From: Candidatus Hydrogenedentota bacterium
Lineage (GTDB): Bacteria; Hydrogenedentota; Hydrogenedentia; Hydrogenedentales; SLHB01
Reading direction: 5' to 3'
DNA length: 64,000 bases
Assembly (NCBI GenBank): GCA_963668025.2
Contig: CAXXTH010000010.1
Span: 1,344,001 to 1,408,000, forward strand
A program made the position numbers and the translations under genes. The notes beneath the pieces were generated by a model. That model saw only the letters and a list, made by a program, of their open reading frames with translations. It was not told the origin of the DNA and made no database searches. Shown here one piece after another: positions 10,258 to 19,544 of the stretch. Numbering within the stretch: the first letter of the stretch is position 1; each line of letters begins with the position of its first letter.

Positions 10258-11627
10258 GGGTGCTCCCTCAATATGATAACCTCAATTGACCCCGTGGCGG
10301 GCCACGTGTTGCCAGAACTGGTCCCAACGGCCCTCGGTCATCTCCAGCGACCTGAGCGCGATCACCGCGCTCGCGCCCGCTTCCTTCCACCGCATCCCGG
10401 AGCATGCCAGGCGTTGCTTGATCAGCGTCTTGCACGCCGCCTCCGTCACTCCGCTGCCGATGGGAAGGCGCTCCGCCGTGTGCCGCCAGTATTGCATCTT
10501 CGAGCGGTGATTGCCGAAGTAGGTGATCGCCTTGCCGAGTTCCTCGCGGCAAGCCTGGGCGCGCACGCTTGGCAAGCTCGCCTTCATCTCCTCCAGCAAG
10601 CGTCCGGCTGCGCCCCTCGTGTGCTTCAGCCGGTGACTCCAGTCCGCCTCCCACTCCCGGCGGCGCGCGCCATGACCGTGAATCGCCTCCGCCGCCTTCC
10701 CCACGTATTCCCGCGCGTGATAGAAATCCAGCATCTGCCGGTCCGTGCGCGGCGTCAAAAACTTCCAGTTGTCCGGCGCGCCGTCGGCCAGGCCGATATA
10801 CAGCGCCGCCGGGTGCCTCGCCCTCACGCGCTCCACCTCGCGGCCGAAGCGCTCGAGGAAAGTCTGCTTGCCGTACTCGGGCGATGCGCCCGCGTAGATC
10901 GTGTGCAGCCGCTCCCCGTCCTTGTCGTACAGGCTGATGGACCCGCACATCGCCTGACGCCAGCCGTCCTCCCTGAGCAGCATGCAGGTGCCGTCCAGGC
11001 CCACGGCCACCGACGCGACCGGCCTGTCCAATTCCGGCAGCTCGTACTCCCACGTCTCCTCCCTGGCCTGCGCCAGGGCGCCCACAAAATCGCCGATCTT
11101 CTTCACATAGTCGCGCGAGATTGCGCGGCCTGTCGACTCGAGCAGGTCGCGGCGCATGACATCGGCGCCCATGCGGGAGTATTTTCCGCTGACGATCCGG
11201 GCGTAGCGCGGCGTGGCGTTCATGACCATTCGCGCGTCCCGCTCCAGCGGGCAGAAGGTGCGCCCGCCCGTGGCGGTGTTCTGGTAGACGTGCCGCTCGA
11301 CGCGGACCGGGCCGTGGGGCGTCTCGTAGGTCTGGCCGAAGCGCCCCTTGGTTTTGAAGGTGGTGGCGCCGACGCGGATGGGCGAGCCGTCTGTGTCGAA
11401 ACGGGCCAGGGCCTCGGCCATGACTGCGCGCCCCACCCCGTTCAGGGCCTCCTGGACCGCCTCCTCCATATCGAGCATCGAACCACGCAGCCTCAGCGAG
11501 AAACTCACCTCGAACGTGTCGCCGTCGCGCCTTGTCACCATCGCTGCCATCGGTCTTCCTCCGTTAAGGGTCCGGCATACTTATCGACCCGACACGAGGA
11601 TTTCTTTAGCATTCTGCGGGAACACCC
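10258..11627 (-). mobile_element. ISKra4-family insertion sequence, 1370 bp
   Basis: Imperfect terminal IRs (gggtgctccctcaatatgata vs gggtgttcccgcagaatgcta, 16/21); 8-bp target duplication gattatcg at 10250-10257 and 11628-11635. Confidence 0.92.
10282..11550 (-). CDS. ISKra4-family DDE transposase
   Basis: VGLDGT, ADGAPDNW, LDFYHA and PIGSGVTEAACK..IKQRL..SGMRW motifs. Confidence 0.92.
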   Translation of the reverse strand: MAAMVTRRDGDTFEVSFSLRLRGSMLDMEEAVQEALNGVGRAVMAEALARFDTDGSPIRVGATTFKTKGRFGQTYETPHGPVRVERHVYQNTATGGRTFCPLERDARMVMNATPRYARIVSGKYSRMGADVMRRDLLESTGRAISRDYVKKIGDFVGALAQAREETWEYELPELDRPVASVAVGLDGTCMLLREDGWRQAMCGSISLYDKDGERLHTIYAGASPEYGKQTFLERFGREVERVRARHPAALYIGLADGAPDNWKFLTPRTDRQMLDFYHAREYVGKAAEAIHGHGARRREWEADWSHRLKHTRGAAGRLLEEMKASLPSVRAQACREELGKAITYFGNHRSKMQYWRHTAERLPIGSGVTEAACKTLIKQRLACSGMRWKEAGASAVIALRSLEMTEGRWDQFWQHVARHGVN

Positions 11628-14159
11628 GATTATCGCATCCCTCAGCCAGTGGTTTGAGAAAGGTCTCGGATTCAAAGCGCTGGGCTAGGCGTAGATGCTC
11701 CGGATCGTTCGTCACGGAATATAGGTTCAACAACGTTTCAGAGATGCCCCCGATCTCGGTTCCATCCTTTATCCGAGTCCACTCGGCTTCCTCCAGTTTA
11801 TCTATTCGGCGCTCGAAATACCCCGCCATATTTTTCAGTATGTCTAAAGCCTGTGTGTTGCCACAAAAGGCATACTGGTCGTACAGCCCGGCCATGATTT
11901 TGTGAATGACATAAATAGGCGCCCAGACATGTTCATGGCGTTCCAGGCGCTCCAAATGAGATTCGGGAAAGGCGGAGAGATATCCGTTTCCCAATGATGC
12001 CTGGCATTTAGCCAATTCGGCTACGACATAAGCTGAGCGCTGGCGTAGCGTATCATCGCCTATCGCGGCCATCATGGCGCATGCCGAGAGATAATGCCCC
12101 ATGGAATGCCCGCGTATCTCGCATGTAGGCGCTTCACAGCCCCCGTATGGGCGCGCATCGCTCGGAAGCCCTGCATTCAGACGGAAGGTATGGAGCAGGC
12201 GGCCAGGCTCAAGCGACAATAGCCAGCGCCGATTTGCTTCTTGCGCTTCGGACCAAGGGCTATCCAGTAGACGGATGTCTTTGAGAGCGAAAGCTTCCAG
12301 GGCGGGAGTAGCCTTTGACGAATCAGCAGCCTCCGAAGCATAGGCTGGCTCTATTCCAAGCACCCACCCAATGGCCAGTATGCTGAAAATCCCCAATGAA
12401 ATAACCGTCGAATACATACTGAGCTGGTCATATGAGATGAAAACCGAACCAAGGCAATGCGGTAGTACGCATAAAGAAGCGGTCCGTTGGCGTACGACTT
12501 TTTTCATCGCGGGCTCCCTTCCGTTGTGTTATGTGTTTCGGCTGTATAGTTACAAAAAAATAGATGTGTAGAAAAATACGTCGCGAACGATATTGGACGG
12601 TATCGAAATTGAAGAAATAAAGCGAAGCAATATAGATAACGTTTACTGCGCGCGTTCGGCTTTATGCCATCTTTTATTGCATTTAAACTATTACAAGATG
12701 ATAGCACTAGACACAGAAAACGTTTTCTATTCTCAGTATAATCAGTTTCTTGTATTTTGTCAAGGGCAAGCCATCAAGAGGCATTTGCGAAATAAAGAAA
12801 ATCCGTATTGACAAGGGTTTACAAAGCGGCGGAATTGGCGCCTACCCCGGAGAATGCGGGGAAAGGGGCTTGGCGGGGGCATGAATAAGGATTTTTTGTG
12901 AAAAATCACCCCAAATGCCCTCGGCGAGCGGGAAAAGGCGTAACGTCTCCCGTGTGTGATTGTAGTATAGTTGACCACATAACCACGCACACACCAAGGA
13001 GACGTTTGCGATGGCCATTATACACCAAATGGGGTTGTTCTCGTGGAACCAGGTCGACGCGGCGTCGGATCTGGATCGGCTGAACCTGTTGCTGGCGGCG
13101 CTGCCGGATGAAGATTTGATGCGGGCGATGGAAGCCGAACGCAAGGGGCGGCGCGACGATTATCCTATCCGCGCGATGTGGAACAGCATACTGGCGGGGA
13201 TCGTCTTCCAGCACGACGGCGTCGAAAGCCTGCGCCGCGAACTAGCCCGAAACGGGCAATTGCGCCAGTTGTGCGGATTCGACGTGTTGCGGGGCGCCAA
13301 GGCGGTCCCGCCCGAATGGGTGTACACGCGGTTCTTCGCCAGATTACTGCGCCACTGGAAAGAAGTGGACCGGATGTTCGACGCGCTCATCGTCCGGCTG
13401 ATGGAACGCTTGCCGGATCTCGGGGTGCGTCTGGCCGTAGACTCGAAAGCCATCCAAACCCACGCCAAGCCTCCGCGCAAAGACGCGGTCCTGGAAAACG
13501 AAGAGCCGGACGGGCGGCGCGACCGCGACGCAGACTGGGGCACGAAAACCTACAAGGGCGTTCACAAGGACGGCACGCCCTGGGAGAAGGTCAAACGGTG
13601 GTTCGGCTACAAGCTGCACCTCATCGTGGACACGAAATATGAATTGCCGCTGGGCTACGCGGTCACGAAAGCCAGCGCCAACGACTCGCCCTTTCTGCTG
13701 CCCCTCGTGGCGGCTCTCGACGCGCGCCACCCCGAACTCGTCCAACGCGCCGAGTACCTCAGCGCCGACAAGGGCTATGATTCCGAAGCCAACAACAAGG
13801 GCCTCTTCGAGGAACATGAAATCCGGCCCATCGTGGACATCCGGGCGACCTGGAAAGAAGAACCGGAACGGCCCCGCCCTTTATATCCCGAACGGGTAGA
13901 CACGATCTTCCATACCGAACGAGGTGAAGTCCTCTGCCGGTGTCGTAACGGCGCCCCAAACGAACGCGACAACTATGATTCCATGGCCTACCAAGGATTC
14001 GAGCAAGATCGGGGAACCTTGAAATACCGTTGCCCAGCCAAGGCACGCGGGAGCGCCTGTACCCAGCAAGACCTCTGCAACCAAGGATGCCAGCCCGAAC
14101 ACGGACGGATTGTCCGCGTGCCCATCGCTATCGACCGGCGCATCTTTACCCCCCTGCCC

Positions 14160-15505
14160 CATAAGCGCTAACCTTATTTGATGTCTCCTGACGAATCTTC
14201 TATACTGGGTGCATGGAAGCAGCGTGGAATGAGAATTGGCAGTGTTTACAGCGTTTTCTCCCTGCTGGATGGGAGGACAAGGCTCGTGAATTGGGCGCGT
14301 GGCACCGCAAGCCTCGTTCTATATCGTCGACGGAATCGCTCCTGCGCTTGCTGTTGATCCATTTGGCGGATGGGTGTTCTCTGCGTGAGGCTGTCGTTCG
14401 TGCTCGAGAAGGGAATGTGGCGTCCGTGTCGGATGTGGCACTTCTTAAGCGGTTGCGTGCTTCGGGGGAATGGCTGCGGTGGATGGCCGTAGAGATACTT
14501 CAACGTCGCGCGGGACCGTGCGTTCGGCCTGCATGGCTGGAGTATTACCGTGTTCGCGTCGTGGATGCGAGCGTTGTCTGCGAACCGGGAAGCACGGGAA
14601 CGGACTGGCGCGTTCACTACAGCCTATGTTTATACGGTCTTCAATGCGATGAGTTTCATATTACCGGCCCGAAGGTTGGAGAGAGTTTCGCGCGATTCCG
14701 AGTCTCGCCTGGCGACCTATTGCTCGGAGATCGTGCTTATGGGCATCTCAAAGGTTTTCGTTATGTGCTCGGCCATAACGGGAACTTTCTGACGCGTCTT
14801 AAGAATAAAGCCTTCAGTCTTCGGAATGGCGCAGGGAACACCTGTCCACTGGCTGGATTGGTGGCGTCTCTAGAGGTAGGGGAAGTGGGTGATTGGGCCC
14901 TGATTGGCCAGGCAAAGGGGCAGGAGGAGCTGGCGCTACGGATCTGTGCGCTGCGTTTGAGCGAGGAAGCCGCCGCGCAAAGCATCCGCCGGGCGAAGAA
15001 AGAGCTAAGCAAGAAGCAACGGAGTCTGGATCCCGAAACGCTTGTGCTGCATCGCTACGTCATACTGGCCACATCCTTGCCGGATTCAATATCGCCGCAC
15101 CAGGTTATCGAGTTGTACCGGGCGCGCTGGCAGGTGGAGTTGGCCTTCAAACGGATGAAGTCGATTATGGGATTGGGACACTTGCCAAAGGAAGACGAGG
15201 AGTCGGCCAAGGCTTGGCTCCACGGCAAAATGCTTGTCTCCTGCCTTGCCCAGGCCATTGTTGATGAGGGGCGCTTTTTTTCCCCCTGGGGATATCCACT
15301 GTGACGATATCTACCGCGAGGCCTCCTTGTGGCGCGAACTCTCTTTCGCCTTGCACCTCCTTCGCCAAGCGGTCAATCCGACGCTTGGATTATCCGAATG
15401 CATCAGCCAGTGGCGGGAAATCGCGAGAGATCTGGCAGAGCCCCCAAGGAAGCGAATGCAACAGTTGCGTGGTTTGATGGAGGCAATATAAGGTTAGCGC
15501 TTATG
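14160..15505 (+). mobile_element. IS4-family, IS186/IS421-like element, 1346 bp
   Basis: Perfect 18-bp IRs cataagcgctaaccttat; 11-bp target duplication cccccctgccc (14149-14159/15506-15516). End sequence, size and GC-rich target resemble IS186. Confidence 0.93.
14213..15304 (+). CDS. IS4-family transposase (IS186 InsL-like)
   Basis: SLRE, SDVALLKRLR, VVDAS, GDRAY and YRARWQVELAFKRMKS (YREK) motifs. Confidence 0.93.
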   Translation: MEAAWNENWQCLQRFLPAGWEDKARELGAWHRKPRSISSTESLLRLLLIHLADGCSLREAVVRAREGNVASVSDVALLKRLRASGEWLRWMAVEILQRRAGPCVRPAWLEYYRVRVVDASVVCEPGSTGTDWRVHYSLCLYGLQCDEFHITGPKVGESFARFRVSPGDLLLGDRAYGHLKGFRYVLGHNGNFLTRLKNKAFSLRNGAGNTCPLAGLVASLEVGEVGDWALIGQAKGQEELALRICALRLSEEAAAQSIRRAKKELSKKQRSLDPETLVLHRYVILATSLPDSISPHQVIELYRARWQVELAFKRMKSIMGLGHLPKEDEESAKAWLHGKMLVSCLAQAIVDEGRFFSPWGYPL

Positions 15506-15984
15506 CCCCCCTGCCCCGCAGCGCCAAATCCTGGCGCCGCGAATACAAACACCGCACCGCCATCGAGCGAGTCAACAGCCGACTCGACGGCGCATACGGA
15601 TTCGAGCGCCACTACATCCGCGGTATGAAAAAGATGCGCGCCCGCACCGGATTAGCCCTCCTCGTCATGCTCGGCATGGCCCTGGGATGGCTCGAAGCCG
15701 GCCAGGCAGAACGCATGCGCTCGCTCCTCGGACAGCCCCGCGCCGCATAGATCACATCGAATCCGCACAAGCAATGATGGCCCGAATCAAGGGCAAACCA
15801 TGCCCATTCGGGCCGCAAGGGTCCTACACGCGAACCTCCTGCATGATTTATTGCACCCGTAGCGGAGGCGTAATCCCATTGCCACAGGCGAAAACCGCTC
15901 CGCGTGTGCCCGCACCGTCCGCGCGTTCGCAAACCACGCTATTTCGCAAATGCCTCATCAAACGGGAAATAGGCATTCCACGAC

Positions 15985-16216
15985 GAAAGAGAACATGAAA
16001 GCGGTAGCAAGCTACCGCACTTATACACGCTCTAAGTATTTCTGGTGAAACGATATGGAGTGCGGCAGCTTGCTGACGCTTTAGCGTGCGGATTCGACTC
16101 GAATGGCCTTTTTTCAATTTGTGGCGAAGTAAACTCACTCAGGAGACATTTTTGAGCATCCATGAACGCGAGGCTCCAGAAGAAACGACCTGGATTCCCG
16201 CTTTCGCGGGAATGAC
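15985..16216. repeat. Composite REP element, copy A (left outer arm absent)
   Basis: 37 bp identical to 47557-47593; inverted REP pair aaagcggtagcaagctaccgcact...ggagtgcggcagcttgctgacgcttt; ends in tggattcccgctttcgcgggaatgac. Confidence 0.85.
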
Positions 16217-16258
16217 ACAGTATTAGTAAATGGGTATTATTGGTGTCTATTCGCGGTA

Positions 16259-16387
16259 TTATTCAAGCGTTTCAGGATGCACGCAATTCGGCGGAGTCCC
16301 GCCATTGACACAGGCGATGATGTTTTGGACGTCCATTTTCGCCATGCGGTTGCGGATGGCGTGGGTGGCGCTGCCGAGGTGGGGAAT
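16259..16387 (-). pseudogene. Duplicated 3' end (43 codons) of the 2-hydroxyacid dehydrogenase gene
   Basis: 111/129 nt identical and colinear with 18467-18595; reads IPHLGSATHAIRNRMAKMDVQNIIACVNGGTPPNCVHPETLE*. Confidence 0.92.
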
Positions 16388-16518
16388 AGTGAACCCTGCC
16401 GCGCTACATCGAAGAACTCAACCACAGGCCAAGGGAAAAGCCCGGTGACCGAACTCCAAACAAAATCTTCCAATCAAACGGTGTTGCATTTGCTCCTTGG
16501 ATCCGGGGTCTACGCGGC

Positions 16519-17517
16519 TTATCGCTTGCGGCGTCCAAACCAGAAAGCAGCCAGAATCGCCACCGCTAGCGCCAGAGCAATGCCGGTGTACAGGTGTATG
16601 CCGCCCTCACTAGAATGTGGATCGGTGTCGGTATTCTCCGGCATCTGAAGTGGACCCTTCATGCCGGAGGGTGGGCCAGGCAAAGCCTCGTTATTGGAGT
16701 TGTCGCTGCCACTCTCGGAGACGGCGGACTCGATTGGGTGGCCCGGTTTCCGTTTTCTCGAACTAGCCACAAGTTCATATGCATCCGCATGTGAGATTCC
16801 CTCGAGTTCCTTCAGAGCAGTCTGGGCCTCTTCCTCAAAAATGCTTCCAGGAAAACGGTCGAGCAGCGTGCGATAGGATTTCTCAGCCGCCTCGGGGTTG
16901 CCTAGTTGCGCGTAGGACCTAGCCGCGTAAACTAAACTCTCTCGATAGGCAATATCTATGCCAAACCGGCTTCGCGCTTCCTCCGGTATGGCGTCGTAGT
17001 TGGCTTCCAGTTTGGCATTGAGTTCAATGGCATACGACAGTGCGCCTTCGTAGTCGCCCGATTCATAATGGTAACACACGATCATGCGGCCAATGTTGTA
17101 GATCTGCAAGTAGTCCGCATTGGTGGGATCGTTCCAGATATTCTCGAAGAGAGCAGTTCTTTCTTTGCTGTACCTATCAAATCCATACGCCACCGCCCGG
17201 TGGTACTGGAGTGTCACGATTTCTCCCGTATCCTTACCATACTCGGGCATTTCCTTGAACATTCGATCATAGCATGCCACGGCTCCCTGGTTATCTCCGC
17301 GCGCAAGGCACTCGTCGATCTCCCGATAGTAAACCTGTGCCTTCTGTTGTTCAACTTCTTGCGGTGTAATTGGTAAGATCATGGCAGGTCCCGGGTCCTC
17401 CATGGCAGGCGTCTCTTGTCCGGCTCCTTGTCCCGCGATTGCAAAAACGCAGAGGATGGCCACTAGCGGGCATCGCAGAAAATCTGGAATGCTTCTTAAC
17501 AGGTAGCGGATGGACAT
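16519..17517 (-). CDS. Exported TPR-like protein with C-terminal membrane anchor
   Basis: N-terminal hydrophobic signal; TPR-like A..Y..LG..E.A...Y..LL.RFPGS; C-terminal TM helix then GRRKR; start MSIRY after a GGGGAG RBS. Confidence 0.7.
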   Translation of the reverse strand: MSIRYLLRSIPDFLRCPLVAILCVFAIAGQGAGQETPAMEDPGPAMILPITPQEVEQQKAQVYYREIDECLARGDNQGAVACYDRMFKEMPEYGKDTGEIVTLQYHRAVAYGFDRYSKERTALFENIWNDPTNADYLQIYNIGRMIVCYHYESGDYEGALSYAIELNAKLEANYDAIPEEARSRFGIDIAYRESLVYAARSYAQLGNPEAAEKSYRTLLDRFPGSIFEEEAQTALKELEGISHADAYELVASSRKRKPGHPIESAVSESGSDNSNNEALPGPPSGMKGPLQMPENTDTDPHSSEGGIHLYTGIALALAVAILAAFWFGRRKR

Positions 17518-17618
17518 GGCTTTTCTCCCCATGTACGGAGACAGGGCAGCATCTGATTTCCATATCCCCGTGAGCCCATACCTATAACTACGCACGCTCC
17601 ATTATCCACGTTATCCGG

Positions 17619-18242
17619 TCAGGATTTGTCTCCGTTCCCATCCGGATCGGTGTTTTGTGAAAACGTATGAATCTGGGAGAAGACGCCTGTGTGTTCTTTG
17701 CTAGAGTTTGCGGCGTTTATACATGACCGAGTATATCCCTGTAAAAAGCATTGTCCAGGGTAGCAAGTGTCGCACTTCCACTCGAGATCTGCCTGGTATC
17801 GTACCTGTTCGGGGCACTCCATAAGGTCGGCCATGGCCTCATATCTGTAGCACTTACCCGCCGGGATGGTCATCTGATCCGTCACGGTCCACGTGTGAGT
17901 GTCCAAATCTGAGTTTTGGTTGTTCACCTTAGTCTTGGCCTCGTCATCAGCCACAACCTTGGCTGGTTTGCCCGCGCTCACTGTTTCTTTGATCGTCCAG
18001 ATGGCTTCATTACAGGTGTGATTATGCTTCTCGAAGACTTTAATCACGACATTCTCTTGGACAATTGGAGGATCTCCGACATACCCGGAATCGTATGGCT
18101 GCGCCACGACACGGTAGCCTGCGTGACCCACGTGATCGGTACATGAATCGGCATAGGAGAGTAACATTATTAAAATAAACATACAGAATCCGAGTGCGGC
18201 CATTTTGCCCGGTATTATCCTAATGTTTTCGTGATGTTTCAT
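17619..18242 (-). CDS. Secreted Cys-rich, beta-rich hypothetical protein
   Basis: Signal-like LGFCMFILIMLLSYA; eight Cys in the mature part; AAGGGAG RBS before ATG 18242. Confidence 0.65.
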   Translation of the reverse strand: MKHHENIRIIPGKMAALGFCMFILIMLLSYADSCTDHVGHAGYRVVAQPYDSGYVGDPPIVQENVVIKVFEKHNHTCNEAIWTIKETVSAGKPAKVVADDEAKTKVNNQNSDLDTHTWTVTDQMTIPAGKCYRYEAMADLMECPEQVRYQADLEWKCDTCYPGQCFLQGYTRSCINAANSSKEHTGVFSQIHTFSQNTDPDGNGDKS

Positions 18243-18466
18243 TCTACTCTCCCTTTCTGCCTTATTCCCTGTCCTTTTCCTGTGGCAGTCTTCCGGATGA
18301 AACATATTGCGGCCGCTTTTTTTATCACACGAACTTACAATCTCCAACTGACCAACAGGCCGGTGGTCATCCTCGTTGGCAACGAGCGCAACCCCACCAC
18401 AGACACTAATAGAGGAATACTGCCCTTGTCAAGTGGAAAGACATCGACAGGTATATAGGTATAGGC

Positions 18467-19450
18467 TTATTCCAGCGCTTCCGGGTTCACGCAATTCGGC
18501 GGCGTATCGCCGTTGAAACGGGCGATGATGTTTTGGGCGGCCATTTCGGCCATGCGGTTGCGGGTGTCGTGGGTGGCGCTGCCGAGGTGGGGGATGAGGA
18601 CGGCGTTTGGACACCCAAGCAGGCGTTCATGCACTTCCGGCTCTCGCTCGAAGACATCCAAGCCCGCTGCGAATATCTCGCCCGCATCGAGGGCCTTCGC
18701 GAGCGCTTCCTCATCCACCACGGGCCCGCGCGCCGTGTTCACGAGGCAGGCAGTGCGTTTCATGGCGCGGAATTCCGCCGCGCCGAAGGCGTGGGTGGTT
18801 TCGGGGGTGAGGGGGCAATGGATGGAGATGAAATCGGATTCCGCTAGGAGCGTGGTTTTATCGGCGAACGCCGCGCCTAAGTCTTGCTCTGTCTCCGGCG
18901 TGAGCCGGTTGCGGCTTGTGTAGAGGACGCGCATGTTGAAGCCTTTAGCGCGGCGCGCCACCGCCTGCCCGATGCGGCCCATGCCGAATATGCCTAGTGT
19001 TTTACCGTGGATATCCACGCCTAGAAAGAGTTGCGGGCCCCAGCCGCTCCATTGGCTTGCGCGCAGGAAGCGTTCCGATTCGCCCAAGCGCCGTGCGGCG
19101 GCCATCAGGAGCGCCCAGGCCAGATCAGCCGTCGATTCCGTCAGGACTCCTGGGGTGTTGCTCACGGCGATCCTCCGCGCCGATGCCTCGGCGATGTCGA
19201 TGTTATTATACCCCACCGCGTAATTGGCGATGATCTTGAGCGGCCTGCCCGCCGCATCCATGACGGCGGCGTCGATGCGGTCGGTCAGCAACGGAAGCAA
19301 CGCGGCCGCGTCTTGGACGAATTCCAGCAACTCATCTGGTTCGATAGGCCTGTCATGGGGGAAGACGTGGACGTTCTCCACGCCGAATGCGGCGCGTAGC
19401 AATTGGAGTCCTATTTCCGGGATAGCGCGTGTCACGACGATCTTAGGCAT
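18467..19450 (-). CDS. D-glycerate dehydrogenase/glyoxylate reductase (D-2-hydroxyacid dehydrogenase)
   Basis: AVGYNNID, NTPGVLT, GMGRIG, NTARG, GLDVFEREP and PHLGSAT motifs. Confidence 0.92.
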   Translation of the reverse strand: MPKIVVTRAIPEIGLQLLRAAFGVENVHVFPHDRPIEPDELLEFVQDAAALLPLLTDRIDAAVMDAAGRPLKIIANYAVGYNNIDIAEASARRIAVSNTPGVLTESTADLAWALLMAAARRLGESERFLRASQWSGWGPQLFLGVDIHGKTLGIFGMGRIGQAVARRAKGFNMRVLYTSRNRLTPETEQDLGAAFADKTTLLAESDFISIHCPLTPETTHAFGAAEFRAMKRTACLVNTARGPVVDEEALAKALDAGEIFAAGLDVFEREPEVHERLLGCPNAVLIPHLGSATHDTRNRMAEMAAQNIIARFNGDTPPNCVNPEALE

Positions 19451-19498
19451 GCTATTCCACCCGCGCGAAGCGCGACTCGAAAGTTTCTAGGAAGGGGC

Positions 19499-19534
19499 CA
19501 GGGGAAACCCTCTTTCCAAAGAAGGCCTCCCCTG
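19499..19534. repeat. Intergenic imperfect palindrome
   Basis: caggggaaaccctctttccaaagaaggcctcccctg, just downstream of the gnd stop codon. Confidence 0.5.
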
Positions 19535-19544
19535 AATCATAATA

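Larger units (their letters stand above)
8598..12507 (-). pseudogene. Beta-L-arabinofuranosidase family (GH127/GH146) gene interrupted by an IS
   Basis: 5' part has YGGCE, GHSMGHYLSA, GYLSAFP and WAPIY.IHKIMAGL; 3' part has HANT, ESCTTYN and CCMGTG. Removing the IS and one target copy restores the frame (...GCDNLSNIHANTH...), 843 aa. Confidence 0.92.
13011..15750 (+). pseudogene. DDE transposase of the outer IS, split by the inner IS
   Basis: 13011-14159 joins 15517-15750 in frame (...IFTPLP|RSAKSWRREYKHRTAIERVNSRLD...), 460 aa; AVDS, FGYKLH, ADKGYD and Y..R..IER.N motifs. Confidence 0.9.
12778..15956 (+). mobile_element. IS1182/IS5-like element (1822 bp native) carrying a nested IS
   Basis: Perfect 17-bp IRs gaggcatttgcgaaata (12778-12794/15940-15956); 5-bp target duplication atcaa (12773-12777/15957-15961). 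Family assignment is approximate. Confidence 0.88.

Noticed and set aside
8598-10271. Treating the two GH127 ORFs as separate genes
   Set aside because: Their apparent start and stop lie inside the IS; they are halves of one gene.
10231-11688. 485-aa plus-strand ORF
   Set aside because: Antisense shadow of the GC-rich transposase with no recognisable motifs.
16259-18595. Diversity-generating retroelement template/variable repeat pair
   Set aside because: Mismatches are not confined to adenines of one copy, and no reverse transcriptase is present.
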